Source: Eledone cirrhosa (Eukaryota). Taken from it: a DNA stretch of 64,000 bases. Positions 14,101 through 28,490 of this stretch are shown here, piece by piece. The stretch's first letter is position 1. The number at the start of each line of letters is the position of its first letter. The position numbers and the translations under genes were made by a program. The notes beneath the pieces are model-generated. The model worked only from the letters and a program-made list of their open reading frames with translations, made no database searches and was not told where the DNA came from. The stretch covers positions 42,656,001 to 42,720,000 of the forward strand of contig OZ024749.1 in the NCBI GenBank assembly GCA_964016885.1, in the 5' to 3' direction.

Positions 14101-14677
14101 CTTAAAACACCTTTCAAGGCATGGTAAAAGGACAGTTTTTCTTCATCGACAGAATTCATAGTTGGAGCATACACACTCACCAGGGTAGCATATCTTCCCT
14201 TGTCCAGCGGAACTCTCATGGACATAAGACGCTCACTAATCCCCACTGGGAATTCTTCCAATTTATTCACCAGTACAGTCTTAACAGCAAATCCTACCCC
14301 AGCCTCTCTTCTGGTTCCTTCATCTCTTCCTTTCCAGAAGAATGTATATTCTCCACAAAATTCCGTAAGATGACCATCTCCAGCTAACCTCGTCTCAGAC
14401 AAAGCCACGATGTCAAGATCGTAACGTCGAAGCTCCTTCGCAACAAGAGCGGTCCTTCGTTCAGGACGCTCCAAAGAATCCCTGTCAAGCAGCGTCCGTA
14501 CGTTCCAGCAGCCAAGACTAAATGCCCTGTTTGGCTCTATTACAATGGCACGATGACGGGCGGGCCCAGGTTGTGATAACTTGGGGCCCCTGCCCTTATT
14601 GCCAATGATCTCTTTTGTTCCAGAACCCAAATTGGCAATTATCTCGTTTACATTGTTCTGGAACATCATTGAATTGG
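10870..14677 (-). mobile_element. Near full-length RTE-clade LINE with microsatellite-containing 3' UTR, terminal stem-loop and (TA)-type tail
   Basis: ORF as above. The 3' UTR contains (TG)n, (ATT)n and poly(T), and ends in ATGGCCATACTCGATAACGAGGGGGCAGCCAT followed by TA/TATG repeats. No TSD can be resolved because both flanks are microsatellite. Confidence 0.88.
11124..14669 (-). CDS. LINE (RTE clade, BovB-like) ORF: APE endonuclease + reverse transcriptase + 3 C2H2 zinc fingers, 1181 aa, uninterrupted
   Basis: APE motifs [38 protein letters not shown] motifs [38 protein letters not shown]-type C-terminus ([25 protein letters not shown]). Fingers CSVC..HLRSH, CQTC..HAKVH, CRLC..HIRSQH. The true start codon is uncertain. 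Confidence 0.96.
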   Translation of the reverse strand: MMFQNNVNEIIANLGSGTKEIIGNKGRGPKLSQPGPARHRAIVIEPNRAFSLGCWNVRTLLDRDSLERPERRTALVAKELRRYDLDIVALSETRLAGDGHLTEFCGEYTFFWKGRDEGTRREAGVGFAVKTVLVNKLEEFPVGISERLMSMRVPLDKGRYATLVSVYAPTMNSVDEEKLSFYHALKGVLRNIPQADKVIVLGDFNARVGRDFNTWNVIGRHGVGKCNSNGMLLLQMCEELDLCVTNTMFQQKNKFKTTWMHPASKEWHLLDYVLVRMRDRQDVRCVRVLRGAECWTDHRLVRAKVNLITKRKIRAPGVTLPKRLNAARLKDKNVKRTLEEEMQAADLGEDWPTLKKSVYDVGRRVLGLVQRKHQDWFNEKDVHIDDLLADKRRALSRYLTARPQERNTLHEELRDVKSRVRRSLSQMKDQWWSEKAGEIQTASDCNNTKLLYSLLREVYGPSSSLVTPIRSRDGKELLRDSQGILRRWREHFDDLLNQPSVVSEDFLNLIPESPVKVALAEPPTLVEVAVAISKLNSGRSPGMDGIHAELLQYGGERLLQHLHSLFGRIWANESVPEDWRDAVMVVLYKGKGNRNDCGNYRGISLLSVVGKVLCRVLLDRLLTHIADCVLPESQSGFRVGRGTTDMIFSARQLQEKCIEQGLDLYQVFVDLTKAFDTVNRDALWKVLQKLGCPDKFLALVRSFHDDMKAWVNVGGSMSEPISVKNGVKQGDIPAPTLFAIYFAMVFCVAFRNCEHGVYIRYRTSGSIFNIRRFAAKTKVFTSVIRDLLYADDCDLVAHTESDMQHILNVFSDACTALGLTVSLKKTVVMYQPAPGRQYTEPNIYVYGKRLGVVDQFVYLGSTVNRYGNLDSEISLRIRKASDAFGKLERRLWGRRDICRRTKVKVYRACVLSCLLYACETWVTYRRHLEQLERFHQMCLRRIHGVHWRDHISDVEILESSMCDSIEALVLKQRLRWSGHLARMKDSRIPKQLFYGELVKGKRPPHKPKKRYKDSLKASLKDANISADTWENIAADRNKWRKTVYEGKVAFEASRIAHEKVKRDVRKGIAVALPDGEGPPMFLTCSVCARLCLSKAGLESHLRSHKVRPVVDYQAAVGDATHHACQTCGRECKSAGGLKRHAKVHELQPQPTIPSKCFGCRLCARHFGSLAGLKSHIRSQHC

Positions 14678-14708
14678 AAAAAAAAAAAAAAAAAAAAAGG
14701 GAGAAAAA

Positions 14709-14742
<34 letters not shown>

Positions 14743-14996
14743 CATACTTACATACATACATATGTATATATATATATATTGTATATATACATATACATGT
14801 ATATATACATATATTGTATATATACATATACATATATATACATACATATATATACATATGTAGATATACATGTATATATACATTATATACACACATATAT
14901 ATGCATATATATGTGTGTGTGTGTGTATAGGTGTATGTATGTGTGTAGGAGTATATGTGTGTGTGTGTAGGTGTTTGTCCGTGTGTAGGCGTATGG

Positions 14997-15050
<54 letters not shown>

Positions 15051-15239
15051 TATATATACATGTATATGCATGTATATATACTGTATATAATGTTTTTTGT
15101 TAGTGTATAGTAATAATACCACTAGGTAACTGGCAAATATTCAAGAGATTTGACATCACATTTGCTCACCGATATGAACGGGTTTCCGTTTGTATTTGTA
15201 TGTTGTATGTATGTGTGTGTGTGTGTGTGTGAATGAGAG

Positions 15240-15255
15240 AGAGAGAGAGACAGGC

Positions 15256-15316
<61 letters not shown>

Positions 15317-15319
15317 GGC

Positions 15320-15358
<39 letters not shown>

Positions 15359-15438
15359 GTGATAGATAGAAAGGTAGTTAGATAGAGAGAGATAGTAGAT
15401 AGATAGAGAGAGTGTGTGTGTGTGTCTGAGACAGAAAG

Positions 15439-15481
<43 letters not shown>

Positions 15482-15654
15482 CAGAAAGAGAGAGAGAGAG
15501 ACAGAGAGAAAGAGAGAGAGATAGATATATAGATAGATAGAGAGGGAGAGATAGATAGATAGAGAGAGTGTGTGTGTGTCAGACAGAAAGACAGAGAGAG
15601 ACAGAGAGAGTAAGAGAAAGAGAGAGTTAGAGAGAGATAAAGAGAGATAGAGAC

Positions 15655-15695
<41 letters not shown>

Positions 15696-15730
15696 TAGAT
15701 AGATAGAGAGAGTGTGTGTGTGTGTGAGTG
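15240..15730. repeat. (GA)n/(GACA)n/(GATA)n compound microsatellite
   Basis: Direct inspection. Confidence 0.95.
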
Positions 15731-16826
15731 AGTTTATACACACATACATAATCGCGTGTTCACCGACTAGTATATATGCAGATATACATAATCAAATACA
15801 TACACACACATATACACACATATACATACACACACACACATATATATATGCATGTATATATGTGTGTGCGTCCATATGTGTGTTGGCGTGAGTGTGTGTA
15901 TACGTAATTTTACAATGCAACAATGTTTGGACACAGAACGAGAATGGTTTTACCAGACACATCACTCCAATCAACACAGCTCCACTTCACTCCACACCGC
16001 ACCCAACAGCACTCCCACTCCACACCACACACTCCACCACCTCACTCCACTCTACACACTCCACACCGCACCCAACCCACAACACTTCAGTCCGCTCCAC
16101 AGCACAGTCCACTACAGCACTCCCACTCCACAACACACATAATCCAACACACCATCACATCACTCTACTTCATACCACACTCCACTACATCACTCTCACT
16201 CTACACCACACACTCCACCACTACACCACACCATCACCTCCCTCCACTACTCCAACTCACTCCACAACACACACTCCACCGTACGCCCACCTACTTCACT
16301 GTACACGCTCCACCTTAAGCCACCTACTTCCCTCCTCTCCCGCCTCCAGCCAGCTTCCTCGCACGGTAAAGTAGCCGTCCCAGTAGACGTACCTTTGGAA
16401 CAGGAAATACATTCCGAAATTTCTCCACTGCCAGAACAGATAATATTGGAAATTGTCCACAATTCCTGAGCTGAGAATCCTCCAGAAGAGATTGATCTTC
16501 ATTAAACCCCTAGCGTGTCCCCTTCGTTCATGTACCTCCGCACTAAATCTCTATAGAACACAAGGATTCACATTTTCTCGTCAGTTTGATACCAGGACCG
16601 TGTGGGTGTTTGTGATTTTGAGCAAGATACTTTTTCTTTCACGTTGTTGCCGTTCACTTAGTTGATAAAACGTGTTTCAACGTCACTGGTGCCAAACTGG
16701 TATTAGCCTTTTCCTTTCCCTTGGACCCCGTTATATATAATGTATATATTGTGTATATATGATGTATATAGTATATGTAAGATGTAAATAGTGTATACAT
16801 GATGTATTATATATATATATATATAT

Positions 16827-17005
16827 ATAGGAGTAAGTAAGACCCCGACGGCGGAGCTCAAGCCGTTTCGACGGCTAATTCTGTCGAAACAGCTTGAGCT
16901 CCGCCGTCGGGGTCTTACTTACTCCTATTACCCACTCTACTACCCTAAGTATTGAGTACTTTGGTGCGTTATGGTCCACCTGGTTCCTTACCACTTTTCC
17001 TTCGC
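16827..17005 (+). mobile_element. Family A, copy 2
   Basis: Same inverted repeat and tail, flanked by (TA)n. Confidence 0.85.
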
Positions 17006-17894
17006 TATATATATATATATATTGTATATATAGTGTATATATGATATATATAGTGTATATGATGATTTATATAGTGTATATATAGGATGTATATAGTGAA
17101 GATATAGTGTATATATGATGTATATAGCGTGTTTAGAGTGTTTATATGAGTCGCGGCGTCACAATGCCAAGCTGGTAACGGCTTTGGACAACATCATATA
17201 TAAAGTACATAGTATATATATTTTGTATATGTGAAGTATATAGCATATATATATAATGTATATATGATATATATTATGTATGTATATAGTGAATATAGAT
17301 GAGTTCCAACGTCACTGGTGCCAAGCTGTATCTGCCTTTGTCTTGGACATCATCAATATACTAGAGAGGAGAGTTTGGTATACATGGTTGACTGCTGTTC
17401 ATAAAACACCTTGCTCAGTCAGTCAGTATCATCACCTCTCTTTTCCTTGACAGAGTTTCAGTACAAGAAACACAGTCAAGTGCACACAGTGGATGAGTGA
17501 GAGGAGGGGAAAGAGTATTAAGAGGGGGAAAGAGAAGGAGGAGAAAAATTAGATGTATTTCATTATATGAAATGCAAATTTTACCTCGACGTTATTTGAA
17601 ATAAAAAAAAAAAAATATTTAAGCGTATACTAGACGTACAACGCTCTAACACTCTGCCAAGGCACCTAACATATGATGATAGTATTTTTCCTTAATTTCC
17701 GCTGGAGACGACTCCTACTGAGACATCTAACTACCTGTAATCAATTTATCTTTCATAATATTTATTTATTCCAATATTTACTTACAATAAATGACTTAAA
17801 ATGATTACATGACTAAAAATAAAAGAATAGATTTCCTATATTTACTTATTTAGTTTCTCAAATATTTTCTCTTTTAGAACTTTTCCTAGACACC

Positions 17895-17936
<42 letters not shown>

Positions 17937-18059
17937 ATGTGTGTGTGTGTGTGTGTCTGTATTCACAAACGCATCATTTAGTATAAACATCACCTATATA
18001 CACACGTAAATCCACACACAAATATCTATATCTATATAGACATACACACACACACGCAC

Positions 18060-18119
<60 letters not shown>

Positions 18120-18471
18120 CACACATACACATGTGTGTTGTTGTGTGCGTATATTGTCGGCATATACATACATTTACTCGTTTGGAATGAGAATATGAAA
18201 ATATTTTATGGATATTAGCAAAAGGAAATATTTAGAGAAAACTTATGTGTATCAACATATTTCGACCCCCACCGACACTCCTACCTTGTCATCATCATCA
18301 TCAACAACATCATCGTCATCATCATCATCATCATCATCAACATCATCATCCTAGTCTTCGATGTTGTTTTCGTTCTGTTAACCACCATTACCAGCGTCTT
18401 TACGTTCATTACAATTGCCAATAAAAATAGCATCAACATAAACAGCAACAATTGTAAAATCATCTACAGTT

Positions 18472-18552
<81 letters not shown>

Positions 18553-18949
18553 CACACACACGCACCCACACACACACACACATACATATATATATATAGG
18601 GACAACAACATCTATAGATACACATATATATATATAGACAGCAACACCTATAGCTGATTATCTATCTCTCTCTCTATCTATCTATCTATCTATGTTCCTG
18701 TTTCTGACTCTCCTCTCTCTCTCACCCCTTTACATCCATTCTCTCTCTCTTACTTCCCCCCCTCTCTCTCATGTTCCACTCTCTCCCGTTCTCTTTCTCT
18801 CGATAGGTTCTCTTCCCGCTATCTCTCCCCTTCTATCCTCATCTCGCTTCGTTCTCTCTCTCTCCACCCTCTCCTCTTCTATCCTCTCTCTCCTACCTTT
18901 CTCTCTCTCTGCCCTCTTCCCTATATACATACATACATACATACATACA

Positions 18950-18982
<33 letters not shown>

Positions 18983-19229
18983 TATATATATATATATATA
19001 AAGAACTAGAAATCTATAGCAGCACATATATAAGACCAAACATAAGAACAACATGTATTGCTGTATATATTGTGTACGGCAATTGGAGAATTCTGGTAAA
19101 CGTATCAATACATTGGTAATAAGTTCAAACGGTACATTAGCTAACACAGGAAATAAAACAATTAGTGGAGAGTAAGACAACATAAACAAAAGATAGGAAT
19201 GGAAAAGACAAAAGAAACGAGTCGATTAT

Positions 19230-19970
19230 ACATTCGTAGACATACACACTGTTATGTTCACATACACACACCGTCACACACATACACACACCGTCACACA
19301 TACAAACACTTACACACACACCGTCACACATACACACCCATACACACACATACACACATATACACACTGTCACACATACATTTATAGACATACACAGTGA
19401 TATGTTCACATACACACCCCGTCACACACACACACCGTCACACATACATTTATAGACATACACACTGTTATGTTCACATACACACACCGTCACACACATA
19501 CACACACCGTCACACATACATTTATAGACATACACAGTGTTACGTTCACATACACACACCGTCACACATTTACATACATACAGCCACACATATACATACA
19601 TACACATACACACATCACCACACATACACACACATGCACATACACACCGTCACACGCATACACTTATAGACATACACAGTGATATGTTCACATACACCCC
19701 CCGTCACACATACAAAAACATACACACACACCGTCACACATACACACACATACATACACATACATACACACCATCACACATACATTTATAGACATACACA
19801 GTGATATGTTCACATACACACCCGTCACACACACACACACATATCGTCACACATACGTTTATAGACATACACAGTGATATGTTGACATACACACAGTCAC
19901 ACATACACACATCGTCACACATACACACACATACACACACACCGTCACACATACATTTATAGACATAGAT
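19230..19970. repeat. CA-derived minisatellite
   Basis: Recurring CCGTCACACATAC and TTATAGACATACACAGTGATATGTTCAC. Confidence 0.85.
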
Positions 19971-20149
19971 ATATACATATACACACATATACATACTAAC
20001 ACATACATACACAGACACAGATGTATACTCACAAACACAGTCATATTAAAACACACATTTACAAAGGTAAAGATATATACACACACAAATATACACACAC
20101 AGACAAAGCGATGCCCTCAAAAGTTGTTCAGAAAATTGTAAAAATTGAT

Positions 20150-20183
<34 letters not shown>

Positions 20184-20278
20184 TGTGGGTTCACCAAGTC
20201 ATTAGTAAACAAAAGCGATTTATAGAACAGACACACACATATATACATATACACACGCATTATTATATATATAATAAG

Positions 20279-20468
20279 GGCGGTGGATTGGCAGTATCGG
20301 TAGAGGGTCGGACGCCATGCTTTCCAGCATAGTTACGTCCCTTTACGATCTGAGTTCAAATCCCGCCGAGGTTGACTTTGCCTTTCATCCTTACGGGGTC
20401 GATAAAATAAAGTACCAGTAATGTACTGGTTAATTGCTGGCCTTGTGCCAAAAGTAGAAACAATTATT
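20279..20468 (+). mobile_element. Full-length tRNA-derived SINE (family 1)
   Basis: A-box-like TGGCAGTATCGG, B box GAGTTCAAATCC, core GCCTTTCATCCTTACGGGGTCGATAAAATAAAGTACCAG, ATT tail; many copies in the window. Confidence 0.88.
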
Positions 20469-20490
20469 ATATATATATATATATATATAT

Positions 20491-20793
20491 ACAATATTAA
20501 ATAAATGGAAACTATATTTATAAAACCATATCTATTTCATTATATATATTTCAGGGATATCATATTAACAATATGCTATGCCTTCCTCAGACAAAATACA
20601 ATATAAACAGTTTTATAGATAAATAGATTCGACATACCGTAACAACATCGACTTGTATTTGAAAAAGTTGAATTGGCAGTGAAAAAATTGTACACAGAGA
20701 GAAAGAAAGAGAGAAAAAATACTTGTCGAGTGCTTTTATATCAGTTATAAATATTTACTAGTTGTAACCCAACAATTTAAATATAACTTTCCA
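20491..20793 (+). mobile_element. Family B copy: inverted arm joined to tail (right arm lost)
   Basis: 20491-20660 is similar to the 25057-25220 arm. Tail ACTTGTCGAGTGCTTTTATATCAGTTATAAATATTTACTAGTTGTAACCC. Confidence 0.75.
20533..20598 (-). ncRNA. Minimal type I hammerhead ribozyme
   Basis: TATTTTGT CTGAGGA AGGCATAGCATATT GTT AATATGATATCCCT GAAA TATATA TA ATGAAATA. Confidence 0.72.
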
Positions 20794-20846
20794 TGTATAT
20801 ATATATATATATATATCTACATATATATATAAATTTTCCTTTATTT

Positions 20847-20884
20847 TCCTCGGAAGAAGAGACTCTAATCTCGAAATATTAGGA
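20847..20884 (+). ncRNA. Degenerate hammerhead-like motif
   Basis: TCCT C(G)GAAGA A GAGA CTCTAA TCTC GAAA TATT AGGA: one core substitution; AATAAA downstream; TA-flanked island. Confidence 0.4.
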
Positions 20885-21041
20885 TATATGAATAAATCAA
20901 GGTAAAAAAAACAAACCCTGTTTCTTACGTTTTAATTTGTCTTCGTCCAAACCTGCATTGTCGTGGCTTTCCAACTTATATATATATATACAGGCAATAA
21001 ATTGAGTCCAGATGCATCACTGATTTTTCGTTTTTTTATAC

Positions 21042-21083
<42 letters not shown>

Positions 21084-21178
21084 AATAGCAGAAGGCAGAT
21101 TAAAACACCGGCACATTAAGTGTAAATTCGTAATTAAGCTTTGCTGAAAAGAATACCATGACCTTTCCAGCTACGTAA

Positions 21179-21254
<76 letters not shown>

Positions 21255-22212
21255 GGATAGAAAGAGATGCACGGCCTTGCACTTGAATGCTTTGAAATAC
21301 ACATCCGCCATTTAAAAGACATGTTAATATGTTAATATCATGAACAGCACTGTGTTATTACATTTATCTGTATTGCTCGTCACTGTTTTAAATCGATGAG
21401 TTTTCCAATAACCGTGTCTAAAGACAGAGTATTGAACAGCAATTATAGAATCTTATGTAACATGTTAAGGATCTAAGGAGAGATCTAAGTGTTTGTACGT
21501 TAGTAGTTTGTAAGTTAAGCAGTTAGCAGGTTACAGTGATACTTAAATGTGATGTGGTGTGTTGTAGTTGTGAAAGAAAGGAAGCATTCCTTTTTTTTTT
21601 TTTTATAATTGTATGGCGTTAAAATGGAGGTGGAGACTGGTGGAAATGGTGGCTGATAATACTGACGATGATAATGGCAATGGTGATGCTGATGATGATG
21701 ATGATGATGATGATAATGAGGGTGACGATGCTGATGATGATGATGGTGATGATGGCGATGATGGTGATGATGCTGATGATGATGATGGCGATGACGTCGA
21801 TGGTGGATATGATAACGATGATCCTAATGATATTCAGGATGAATATAAAGATGGCGATGTTTAATGTGGGCTAACAATACATTAGTAGATAACTACTGGT
21901 GATGGTGATGGTGATGGTGATGGTGATGGTGAAGCTGATTATGAAGAAGATGATGATGATGATGATGACGATGATGATGATGAAGGTAACAATTTACCTA
22001 GTCATGGCTCTAATAGAGATTATAATAATGATGATGATTCCAATGGCGATAGTGATGATTACCATGGGGGGTGGTGTGAGGGAGTGAGTGTCAAGTGGGG
22101 GAGAGGCGGCTGTCGTTGATGGAAGTAGTAAGCAAGGCGTTCGTTTAGATAAATATTTAAATGCTGTTTCACCTGGGAGTCGAAACAGATGTTTGCAGAG
22201 ATAAAGGAAGCG

Positions 22213-23180
<968 letters not shown>

Positions 23181-23271
23181 ACAAGAAAATAAATATTTGA
23201 TAAGATCTGAGGAGTTAGAGCGCTAGGGGAGATAACACAACATAGTGTTTGATTACCACCACCACCACTAT

Positions 23272-23302
<31 letters not shown>

Positions 23303-23519
23303 GATTTCTTAAATAGGTACAAGTTCTGAAATTTAAGGGATGTGCAATAGTAAATGATTTTGCGCGTGCACACGCGTATACACACACACACACACACACA
23401 CACAAAGACACATGTTTACACACACATTTAAGGTATATCTCAGAATCCGGTAAGATGTTCATTATCCATTCTGCCATTGAAATGGTTTAAGCTTAACCGT
23501 ACGGCTTAAATATTTTCAC

Positions 23520-23581
<62 letters not shown>

Positions 23582-24012
23582 GAGAGGTATAGAGATTGTT
23601 TTAGCAAGAAGCTAACGGCATTCTATAACATATATGCGACTATAACGTCAAGATGGGAAAAGTAGTTAACGAAAGATTTAGGAAAAATAACTCAAACTCA
23701 TCTCAAAAGAGAATCACGATATAAATTCATCCACAGAATTTAGTAAAATCCAGGGAAAATCTATAGACCTTTAACTCATGATAAAATAAAGTTTGAAACA
23801 CTTATCCTTCAATTTGGAATAACATCAAATGCTCTGTATAGTCTTAAAAGACTATTTCATGAAAACTTTCAGTGGAGATGGTCACGGTTGGAATTTCAAT
23901 CATCAGCAGAGCTCAACAGAAAACCAGGGCTCTCACAGTAATATAATCCGAAAAAGGGAATTCTAAAACTGGCTAGTTCGCCTTCATGTGTATTTATGAA
24001 AAAGCACATGAG

Positions 24013-24195
24013 AGGAAAATGTTTGACCCTGACGGCAGATTTCAAGCCGTTCTGGACTACCAGAAATCGCCGTCAAAACGGCTTGAGCTCTGCCGTCGGG
24101 GTCAAACATTTTCCTATTACCCACTCTACTACCCTAAGTATTGAGTACTCTGGTGCTTTATGGTCCATCTGGTTCCTTACCACACCTCCTTCGTT
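24013..24195 (+). mobile_element. Family A, copy 3
   Basis: Same architecture; outer arms GGAAAATGTTTGACCC / GGGTCAAACATTTTCC. Confidence 0.8.
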
Positions 24196-24376
24196 ATATA
24201 TATATATATATTTACATAGATGAATAAACACACACATATGTATACACATATATATATTTACAAAGATGAATATGCACACACACATATGTATACATATATT
24301 TACAAAGATGAATATACATACACACATATGTATACATATATATATATATATATTTACAAAGATGAATATACATACA

Positions 24377-24414
<38 letters not shown>

Positions 24415-24434
24415 ATATATATATATATATTATG

Positions 24435-24494
<60 letters not shown>

Positions 24495-24908
24495 CATATA
24501 TATATATGCGGGTAGTGGTGAGTTAAAACCAAATATGGAATAACTATGTCAGTAACCCGGTCAGAAAAGTTAAAGTGGTGCAATGACAGATGTTGACATT
24601 TCATAATAGATAACAATCTATTATGAAATAAAGAAAAGTGAATGTAACCTTTTCTCTGTGTTTTCTTAAATGGCTAAAATGATTCTTCCACCACGTAATT
24701 GTTAGTGTGACAAAACAAGATCTTAGGTCAAGTCACTCGTCATCAGTACAACTAGGAGATGAACGATAATAATTTAAGTGCTTCAAAGTCCCTCTAATGT
24801 TTTGAAGTACTTTCTACGTCTTGGTTTCTTAATGTTTTCTATTTAGGAGAGATCGCAATAAGTTGGAGAGACTGGTATCGATGAATTTAAACACGGATTT
24901 TATTATAG

Positions 24909-24969
<61 letters not shown>

Positions 24970-25096
24970 AAAGTTTTATTTAAAATTGTTGGGTTACAAC
25001 GAGTAAATATTTTATAACTGATATAAAGCACTCAACAAGTTTTGGAGTAGATATACGATATTAAACAAATGGAAACTATATTTATAAAACCATATT

Positions 25097-25157
25097 TATT
25101 TCATTATACATATTTCAGGGATAATAAAAATATGGCATGCCTTCTTCAGATAAAATA
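25097..25157 (-). ncRNA. Hammerhead mirror copy with small stem II deletion
   Basis: Reverse complement of the 25306 motif lacking a few bases of stem II. Confidence 0.55.
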
Positions 25158-25305
25158 CAATATATAAGCAGTTTTATAAATAAATTTGACGTACCATAAA
25201 ATATTGATCAACTTCCATTTAAAAAAAACAACTTTTTTATTTAAATGGAAGTTGATCAATATTTTATGGTACGTCAAATTTATTTATAAAACTGCTTATA
25301 TATTG

Positions 25306-25371
25306 TATTTTATCTGAAGAAGGCATGCCATATTTTTATTATGGTATCCCTGAAATATGTATAATGAAATA
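25306..25371 (+). ncRNA. Minimal type I hammerhead ribozyme
   Basis: TATTTTAT CTGAAGA AGGCATGCCATA..TATGGTATCCCT GAAA TATGTA TA ATGAAATA. Confidence 0.75.
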
Positions 25372-26951
25372 AATATGGTTTTATAAATATAGTTTCCATT
25401 TGTTTAATATCGTATATCTATATATATTAATTTATTAAAATAACAGATTAAAGTTTAAGCAATGAATCGGTGCTTTCACCATTAACGGGACCTTCTGAAA
25501 CTCGCGTTAAGGGAGCTCTATGGTTCTTATATATTTGAAATATATTTATCCTTATCGAGCCCTCTTTGGATTTTAGTCTTCACGTTTATTATTTTATTTT
25601 TATTACTATATATATATATATATATATATATAGTTAACGTTGGTGCTGATAACTACAGTGCTGAGTATATCTTCTTCGTAGAGCACTTGAGACAGATATA
25701 GTTACTCTATTGCTGAGTATATCTTCGTTGTATTCCACTTGAACCGAATCCAGTGGCTCTCTTGATCAGTATATATCCATTGTAGTGCAGAATATTACAG
25801 GATCAACATTGAAAATGATGAAGGAAGAATAATGATATATATATATATATATATTGTTTAACTCTCTGTTTGATCCTGTTCCCCGATTTTAAATCTTCCC
25901 TCACTGAAACCCAACAAATTACCAGAAATAATAAAGCGTCGAATTAAATGCTTCGTTATTTATTACGGCCCTCCGCACTCTGAGGTCAAATTAAATGGAG
26001 GTCAACCTTTACTTTAATATCTTTTTAGAGTCGATAAATAATGTACAAGTTCATAGAATAGTGGATTGGCTGAATTGTTAAAGAATCAGATGGGATGCTT
26101 TGCAGTATCTGTTCCGGCTTAGAGCGTTTTGAGTTGAATATCCGTTTCCTGTCCCCGGAAAAAGCGGTGAAGCTTCTGCAGATAGTATCAACAATGGAAA
26201 CACCAATGGAAACACAGCTTCCTTGGTCCAGTCTAACGATTGGCTTCTTTCCTATTCTTATCGTAGACATCGTCTTCCGCACTGGCACCACTATGTCCTG
26301 GCTAAAATAATAGCAGCATTTATTTAAGATGCCTTATGTTACTTTAAGGCAGGAATGATCTAATCTTCTGCTCAAATAGTCTTAATTTAATGATGGCCAC
26401 TAACATGTCCGGATATGTATTTCCCACGATTTAGATTGCCAGTTATTTCCTGTCAGTAATAGTGCTATTATCTCTTTTTTCCCGCCCTTCTCTTTCTTTT
26501 CTTCCGGTAGTAAAGATTTTATTTTTTACTTCTTTTTATTTTCCATCATTAAATGAGTAAAGATAATTAATGTTTGATATTAAGCCTAAGTAAGCTGAAA
26601 ATTAGAAAAAAATATACGTTCTAAAGTGTATTTTCATCACCATCATTTTTATCATCATCATCATCATCATCATTATCATTATCGTCATAATGAACATCAT
26701 CAATAGCACCAAGAGAACTAATTCATTTACATAATTATCATCAGCATAACCAGCCATATTTTCATCGCCATGGTTCCATCAAAATACCATCACCTTCACT
26801 ACCACCATTACTAACACAGCCAACAAAACCACACCACCAACAACATCCTCATTATCGTTAATATTACCATAACAATGACTAGTTCCACCACCACTATCAT
26901 CACCATCGGCAACACTATCATTACCATTACCACCCACGTCTTCATTATCGT

Positions 26952-27260
26952 CATCATTAACATCACGATGAAGGCCAACACCATCATCACAAAAATCGTC
27001 ACCACCCCCATCATTAACATCACAATGAAGGCCAACACCATCATCACAAACATCGTCACCACCCCCATCATTAACATCACAATGAAGGCCAACACCGTCA
27101 TCACAAACATCGTCACCACCCCCATCATTAACATCACAATGAAGGCCAACACCGTCATCACAAACATCGTCACCACCCCCATCATTAACATCACAATGAA
27201 GGCCAACACCATCATCACAAACATCGTCACCACCCCCATCATTAACATCACAATGAAAGG
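26952..27260. repeat. 60 bp minisatellite x5
   Basis: CATCATTAACATCACAATGAAGGCCAACACCATCATCACAAACATCGTCACCACCCC. Confidence 0.92.
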
Positions 27261-27494
27261 CACTTTCCTCATCACAAACACCTCCACCAACATCATTAAC
27301 ACCATCACCGCCGTCATAAGCATTAGTAGCAACACTACTAACACTACCGTCACCAACATCACCAACACACCACTAACACTACTTCCACCAACACCATCAC
27401 TGCCGTCACAATCATTAGTACCACCACCACTTTCTATCACCATCTACCGCCTACCACCATCACCTACCACCACCCACCATCTAGCGCCACCATC

Positions 27495-27770
<276 letters not shown>

Positions 27771-27967
27771 CATATAAAACCTTCAGTTGTTGACAGTGTT
27801 TATGGAGCTCAGTAATACCACAGCCAACAGCAATCAATAATAATAAACTACACTGCACTTTATAATCCGATTAACTTCACATATACAACAACAACAACAA
27901 CAACAACAACAACAGTAACAACAACAACATTAGCAAGATACAAACAAGAACAACAATACACCTTCCA

Positions 27968-28011
<44 letters not shown>

Positions 28012-28075
28012 ATGCATAAACACACACAGATAACCCCCCCCCATACGCCAGTTTGCCATGTATTTTATAAAATAT

Positions 28076-28123
<48 letters not shown>

Positions 28124-28339
28124 CATACATACATACAACAACGATGCATAATTTCAACAACATTGACAGCATCATCATCTTTCACCACCAGCATCACCAC
28201 CATTACTGTTACTACTACTACTGACTGACTGACTGTGTGAGGTTTTTCGTGGATGACCAACTGCTACCAAATGCATGGCGGTCTCTCGTCTCCGCCAGAA
28301 TGATACTGTCCAAGGGAATAGTGAAGACCGATACAGCCT

Positions 28340-28490
28340 GGCACCAGTGTCGTCACGAATCATTTTTTTCCTGCTGAGTGAAATATAGAGTCTTGTACAA
28401 AGATATCTCGCACCACACGCCCAGGGAATCGAACTCACGATCTTACAAACGTGAGTCCCACCACTCTGACCACTAGGCCCCGCGCCTTCA
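28340..28490 (-). mobile_element. SINE family 2 copy
   Basis: CAGGGAATCGAACTCACGATCTT...GACCACTAGGCCCCGCGCCTTCA. Confidence 0.65.

Larger units (their letters stand above)
24966..25420 (-). mobile_element. Family B copy, ~370 bp palindrome plus tail
   Basis: Arms 25048-25228 / 25233-25420; tail 24966-25047 resembles the reverse complement of 20718-20793. Confidence 0.8.

Noticed and set aside
11153-14387. Short plus-strand and alternative-frame ORFs overlapping the LINE
   Set aside because: Shadow ORFs of the LINE coding sequence.
20279-20370. tRNA gene
   Set aside because: A/B boxes belong to a SINE head; no cloverleaf, and it continues into the SINE body.
21613-22087. Asp-rich / Met-rich ORFs
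   Set aside because: Degenerate (GAT)n microsatellite.
23580-24010. Possible Penelope ORF remnant upstream of family A copy 3
   Set aside because: Multiple stops and no RT or GIY-YIG motif recognisable by eye.
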